A stretch of DNA of 64,000 bases from Nitrospirota bacterium. GTDB lineage: Bacteria; Nitrospirota; UBA9217. The DNA is taken from the NCBI GenBank assembly GCA_963796285.1, contig CAWCKW010000012.1, forward strand, positions 416,001 to 480,000. The letters are read 5' to 3'. The notes under the pieces were generated by a model. The model was not told the origin of the DNA. It was given only the letters and a program-made list of their open reading frames with translations, and made no database searches. The stretch's first letter is position 1. Every line of letters starts with the position of its first letter. A program made the translations under genes and the position numbers. Positions 60,816 to 64,000 of this stretch are shown here, piece after piece.

Positions 60816-61376
60816 ATGATCAAGTACGACCTTTATAAATTACTCAAAGACGAACTCGGCAACGGATCGAAGGACCTTGTTACCCGTCCGTCAGGACAGG
60901 CGATCCGGGAGCGGATCGAGCGGGACATTCAAGAAGAACAGGACGGCGCCGTGGTGGCGCTGGATTTCTCGAAGATCGGCGTGATCGATTATTCCTGTGC
61001 CGACGAGATCGTGACAAAGCTTGTGTCGCGTCTGCTCGCCGGGGAATACGGGGACAAGTACCTGCTCCTCGCGGGGTTGAATGAAAACCAACGGGAGAAC
61101 ATCGAGGTCGCCATCGAACGAAAGGATCTCGCGGTCATGGCTGAAATGCGTGACGGCAGCAGGGTCGTTCTGGGAAATCTCAATAACTATCTCAAGGACA
61201 CGCTCGACTTCATCGTCAAAAAGAAAAAGGTTACTTCCAAAGAACTCTCGGACGCTAAGAACGTCGAGGCGAATACGAGCGGCACCCGTCTCCTGAACCT
61301 TTACAAGAAGCGGCTTGTGAAGCGCATCGAGGAAACCCGCAGCGACGGGAAGGTATGGGCTTACGAACAGCTCTGA
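60816..61376 (+). CDS. STAS-like (DUF4325-like) + winged-helix DNA-binding protein
   Basis: LVTRPSGQAIRE and VALDFSKIGVIDYSCADE motifs; C-terminal TSKELSD...NTSGTRLLNLYKKRLVKR. Confidence 0.7.
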   Translation: MIKYDLYKLLKDELGNGSKDLVTRPSGQAIRERIERDIQEEQDGAVVALDFSKIGVIDYSCADEIVTKLVSRLLAGEYGDKYLLLAGLNENQRENIEVAIERKDLAVMAEMRDGSRVVLGNLNNYLKDTLDFIVKKKKVTSKELSDAKNVEANTSGTRLLNLYKKRLVKRIEETRSDGKVWAYEQL

Positions 61377-61389
61377 TGGCCAAATTTCA

Positions 61390-61419
61390 TTGACGGCGGG
61401 TGCGGCACGATGATACAAT
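61390..61419 (+). promoter_or_regulatory. putative sigma70 promoter for cinA-thpR-recA
   Basis: TTGACG-N18-TACAAT with TGn extension. Confidence 0.5.
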
Positions 61420-61467
61420 GAAAGCCATTATCTCAAATGCGGATTGTTTTGCGAAGGTGGACTTTAC

Positions 61468-62703
61468 ATGCGCGCTGAAATCATAGCCACTGGCACCGAA
61501 CTCCTTTCGGGCGGTGTGCTCGACACGAATTCCCTGTTCCTTTCGGAAGAGCTTATGCTCATTGGCCTCGAGACCGCGTTCATGACTGTCGTGGGGGACG
61601 ATGAAAAGGACATGGAAGAGGCGCTGCGCCGGGCTTTGGGAAGGGTGAATACTGTGATCGTCACCGGTGGGATCGGGCCGACCGAGGATGACATCACTCG
61701 CAAGGTGATTGCGAAGATCATCAAAAAACGGCTGGTCCTGAACGAGGATGCGCTAAAGGCCATCCACGCAAGGCTTGCTGGCAGGGGAAAAGAATTTGCG
61801 ACGTCAAACGACCGGCAGGCGCTGGTCCCGTCGGGCACGAGACTTCTTCAGAATCCCGCAGGCATTGCGCCTGGTTTCTACAGCGACGAAGAAGGCCTGT
61901 TCATCGCGGTCCTTCCCGGCGTGCCGAAGGAGATGCGGGCGATGTTCAACGAGGGGCTCCGGCCCGTACTCGAAGAGCGGTTCGGCGGCAGGTCGTTCAT
62001 CCGGCGAAGGATCTTGCGCACCTGCGGTCTGTCCGAGTCTGGCGTGAACCAGGCACTCCAGGATATCCTGAAACGTGCGGATCCGGTTGTCGGTCTCACT
62101 GCAACAGGAACCGGCGTGAACATTCGCATCATCGCACGTAAGCCCAGTGCCGAGCAGTCTCAGGCACAGGTGGACAGGACTGATGCGGCAATACGGGAAA
62201 AGCTGGGTGATAGCATTTACTCGGTTGACAGCCAGGACATGGAGGAAGTAGTCGGCGCGCTTCTCAAACAGCGGAGGCTCAAGATTGCGGTCGCGGAATC
62301 GTGCACCGGGGGGCTCATCGGCGCGCGGATCACGAATATCCCGGGCAGTTCGGATTATTTCGAGCGGGGGGCAGTGACCTACAGCAACCTGGCGAAATCC
62401 GAAATGCTCGGCGTGCCGGCTGAATTGATCGTGCAGCGCGGGGCGGTGAGTAGCGAAGTGGCCGCAGCCATGGCAGAGGGCATCAGGCAGGCCGCGAAAA
62501 CGGATATCGGTCTTTCGGTGACGGGAATCGCGGGACCGGGAGGCGGGAGCGAACAAAAGCCGGTTGGGTTGGTCTATACGGCGCTTGCAACGAGCCAGGG
62601 CGTAAAAACTCAGGAATACCGGTTCCTCGGCGAGCGCGAACAGATACGGATGCAGTCCTCGCAGATGGCGCTGGATATGGTGAGGAGACATTTGATTGCT
62701 TGA
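61468..62703 (+). CDS. cinA: competence/damage-inducible protein CinA (MoCF-like + PncC)
   Basis: GTELLSG, TGGIGPTEDDIT, AESCTGG and TGIAGPGGG motifs. Confidence 0.95.
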   Translation: MRAEIIATGTELLSGGVLDTNSLFLSEELMLIGLETAFMTVVGDDEKDMEEALRRALGRVNTVIVTGGIGPTEDDITRKVIAKIIKKRLVLNEDALKAIHARLAGRGKEFATSNDRQALVPSGTRLLQNPAGIAPGFYSDEEGLFIAVLPGVPKEMRAMFNEGLRPVLEERFGGRSFIRRRILRTCGLSESGVNQALQDILKRADPVVGLTATGTGVNIRIIARKPSAEQSQAQVDRTDAAIREKLGDSIYSVDSQDMEEVVGALLKQRRLKIAVAESCTGGLIGARITNIPGSSDYFERGAVTYSNLAKSEMLGVPAELIVQRGAVSSEVAAAMAEGIRQAAKTDIGLSVTGIAGPGGGSEQKPVGLVYTALATSQGVKTQEYRFLGEREQIRMQSSQMALDMVRRHLIA

Positions 62704-62797
62704 TTGCGGATTTAGGAGCGAGTGACGACTGATGAAGACAATATGTATCGAAAACGCTTTTATTCCGCAATCCGCATTCTGAACATCCGAAATTACT

Positions 62798-63356
62798 ATG
62801 CGACTCTTCATCGCCATAGAGATACCTGAGACATCAAGAAGGAAATGGCGGAGGTCCAGAGCAGGCTCAAGGGCGCGGGCGTGGATGCAAGCTGGACCCG
62901 GCCAGAGGGAATACATCTGACGCTGAAATTTCTGGGCGAAGTCCCGGAACGCGGGTCACCGGAGATTATGAACTCGTCTCGCAAAGGTTGTGGAAGGAAC
63001 GGGCCGCTTCCGGTTTGATGTTGCAGGAGTCGGGACGTTCCCCAATCCGAAGAATGCGCGCGTTGTCTGGATCGGCTGTCCGGGGAGATCGAAAGCTAAC
63101 GAAGCTCCAGATTGCTGTTGAAGATGCAATGGTCGGTCTCGGTTTGGCGCGTGAGGACCGGAAGTTCACACCGCACCTTACCCTCGGCAGGATCAAGTAT
63201 ATCCGGTCCCGCGATAGATGGCTCGAAGATCATTGGAAGAGGTCAAGGACATCAGACTGCCTGGGATTCGAAGCGACGGCGGTCAGCCTGATGAAGAGCG
63301 AGCTCAAGCCAGCGGGCGCGGTGTATACGGAGATGGGAAGGGTGGAGCTGCGATAA
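62798..63356 (+). pseudogene. thpR: RNA 2',3'-cyclic phosphodiesterase with several frameshifts (possibly assembly errors)
   Basis: MRLFIAIEIP, HLTLKFLGE, GTFPNPKNARVVWIG and PHLTLGRIK occur in different frames. Confidence 0.85.
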
Positions 63357-63518
63357 ACGATAGACGAGAGAAGCGACAGACAAGAGACGGATGCGTCCCT
63401 CTTCTTAGTGAGCGAAGCGAACGGTCGTCCATCGTCCTTCGTGAAATGAGATGCTCGTCCTTCGTGAAGTAAGGCGGTCGTCCATCAGAATATTCATAAC
63501 TCGAAAGGAGATCCATTC

Positions 63519-64000
63519 ATGGCGGATAAGGACAAGTTGAAGGCATTGGAACTGGCGGTGGGCCAGATCGAGAAACAGTTCGGCAAAGGCTCCATTATGC
63601 GCCTGGGCAGGGAGGAGGTCCCCGCGGGGATCCCCGCGATATCCACTGGCTCCCTGGGCCTGGACATCGCGCTCGGTGTCGGTGGTGTGCCGCGCGGCAG
63701 GATCATCGAGATCTACGGTCCCGAGTCCTCGGGCAAGACCACGCTGGCGCTCCATATCATAGCCGAGGCGCAGAAGGCGGGCGGCCAGGCCGCGTTCATC
63801 GATGCGGAGCATGCGCTTGATGTGACGTACGCGCGCAAGCTCGGCGTGCGCACCGACGACCTCCTCATCTCCCAGCCTGACACCGGAGAACAAGCGCTCG
63901 AGATCACCGAAACGCTCGTGCGGAGCGGCGCCATCGACGTGATCGTCGTCGATTCCGTTGCGGCGCTCACGCCGAGGGCCGAGATCGAGGGTGAGATGGG
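63519..64000 (+). CDS. recA: recombinase A, 3' end runs off the window
   Basis: Manual translation: [51 protein letters not shown]. Confidence 0.98.
   Translation, partial: MADKDKLKALELAVGQIEKQFGKGSIMRLGREEVPAGIPAISTGSLGLDIALGVGGVPRGRIIEIYGPESSGKTTLALHIIAEAQKAGGQAAFIDAEHALDVTYARKLGVRTDDLLISQPDTGEQALEITETLVRSGAIDVIVVDSVAALTPRAEIEGEM

Noticed and set aside
62798-63356. Programmed frameshifting in thpR
   Set aside because: Several independent shifts without slippery motifs; more consistent with assembly error or decay
63360-63518. LexA box upstream of recA
   Set aside because: No clear match to CTGT-N8-ACAG or GAAC-N4-GTTC; the spacer is mostly a periodic repeat

Overview
64 kb of mostly core chromosome from a bacterium that is probably anaerobic; gene order and proteins resemble Nitrospirota/Desulfobacterota, which is inference only. 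Left to right: (1) a minus-strand DUF177-rpmF-plsX-fabH-[acyl-CoA dehydrogenase, etfB, ferredoxin-fused etfA]-fabD-fabG operon, where a Bcd/EtfAB-type module sits in the slot usually held by the enoyl-ACP reductase fabK; (2) a decayed integron at about 7.8-9.85 kb with an integrase C-terminus, two full and one half attC-like sites, broken HigBA and BrnT-type toxin-antitoxin cassettes, and the 3' remnant of a group IIC-attC intron; (3) housekeeping genes: MFS, bioA, degP-like protease, PIN/TRAM, yebC-ruvCAB-queH-spoIID, a diguanylate cyclase, aminotransferase and an ECF Co/Ni transporter; (4) lptCAB-rpoN-hpf-ptsN-hprK-rapZ followed by a complete mannose-type PTS, then cobD, glyQ/glyS, ppdK and ribD; (5) a porin, pentaheme lipoprotein and repeat-expanded multiheme lipoprotein cluster (up to 18 hemes) behind a perfect CRP-type site; (6) tRNA-fMet, an orphan groES, tusA, and pgpA-[STAS-like/HATPase + STAS-like/wHTH pair]-cinA-thpR-recA. 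Several single-base frameshifts (glyQ, slt, groES, thpR) suggest assembly indels, so pseudogene calls are uncertain. No CRISPR array or rRNA was seen. All family assignments come from motif recognition, not database searches.
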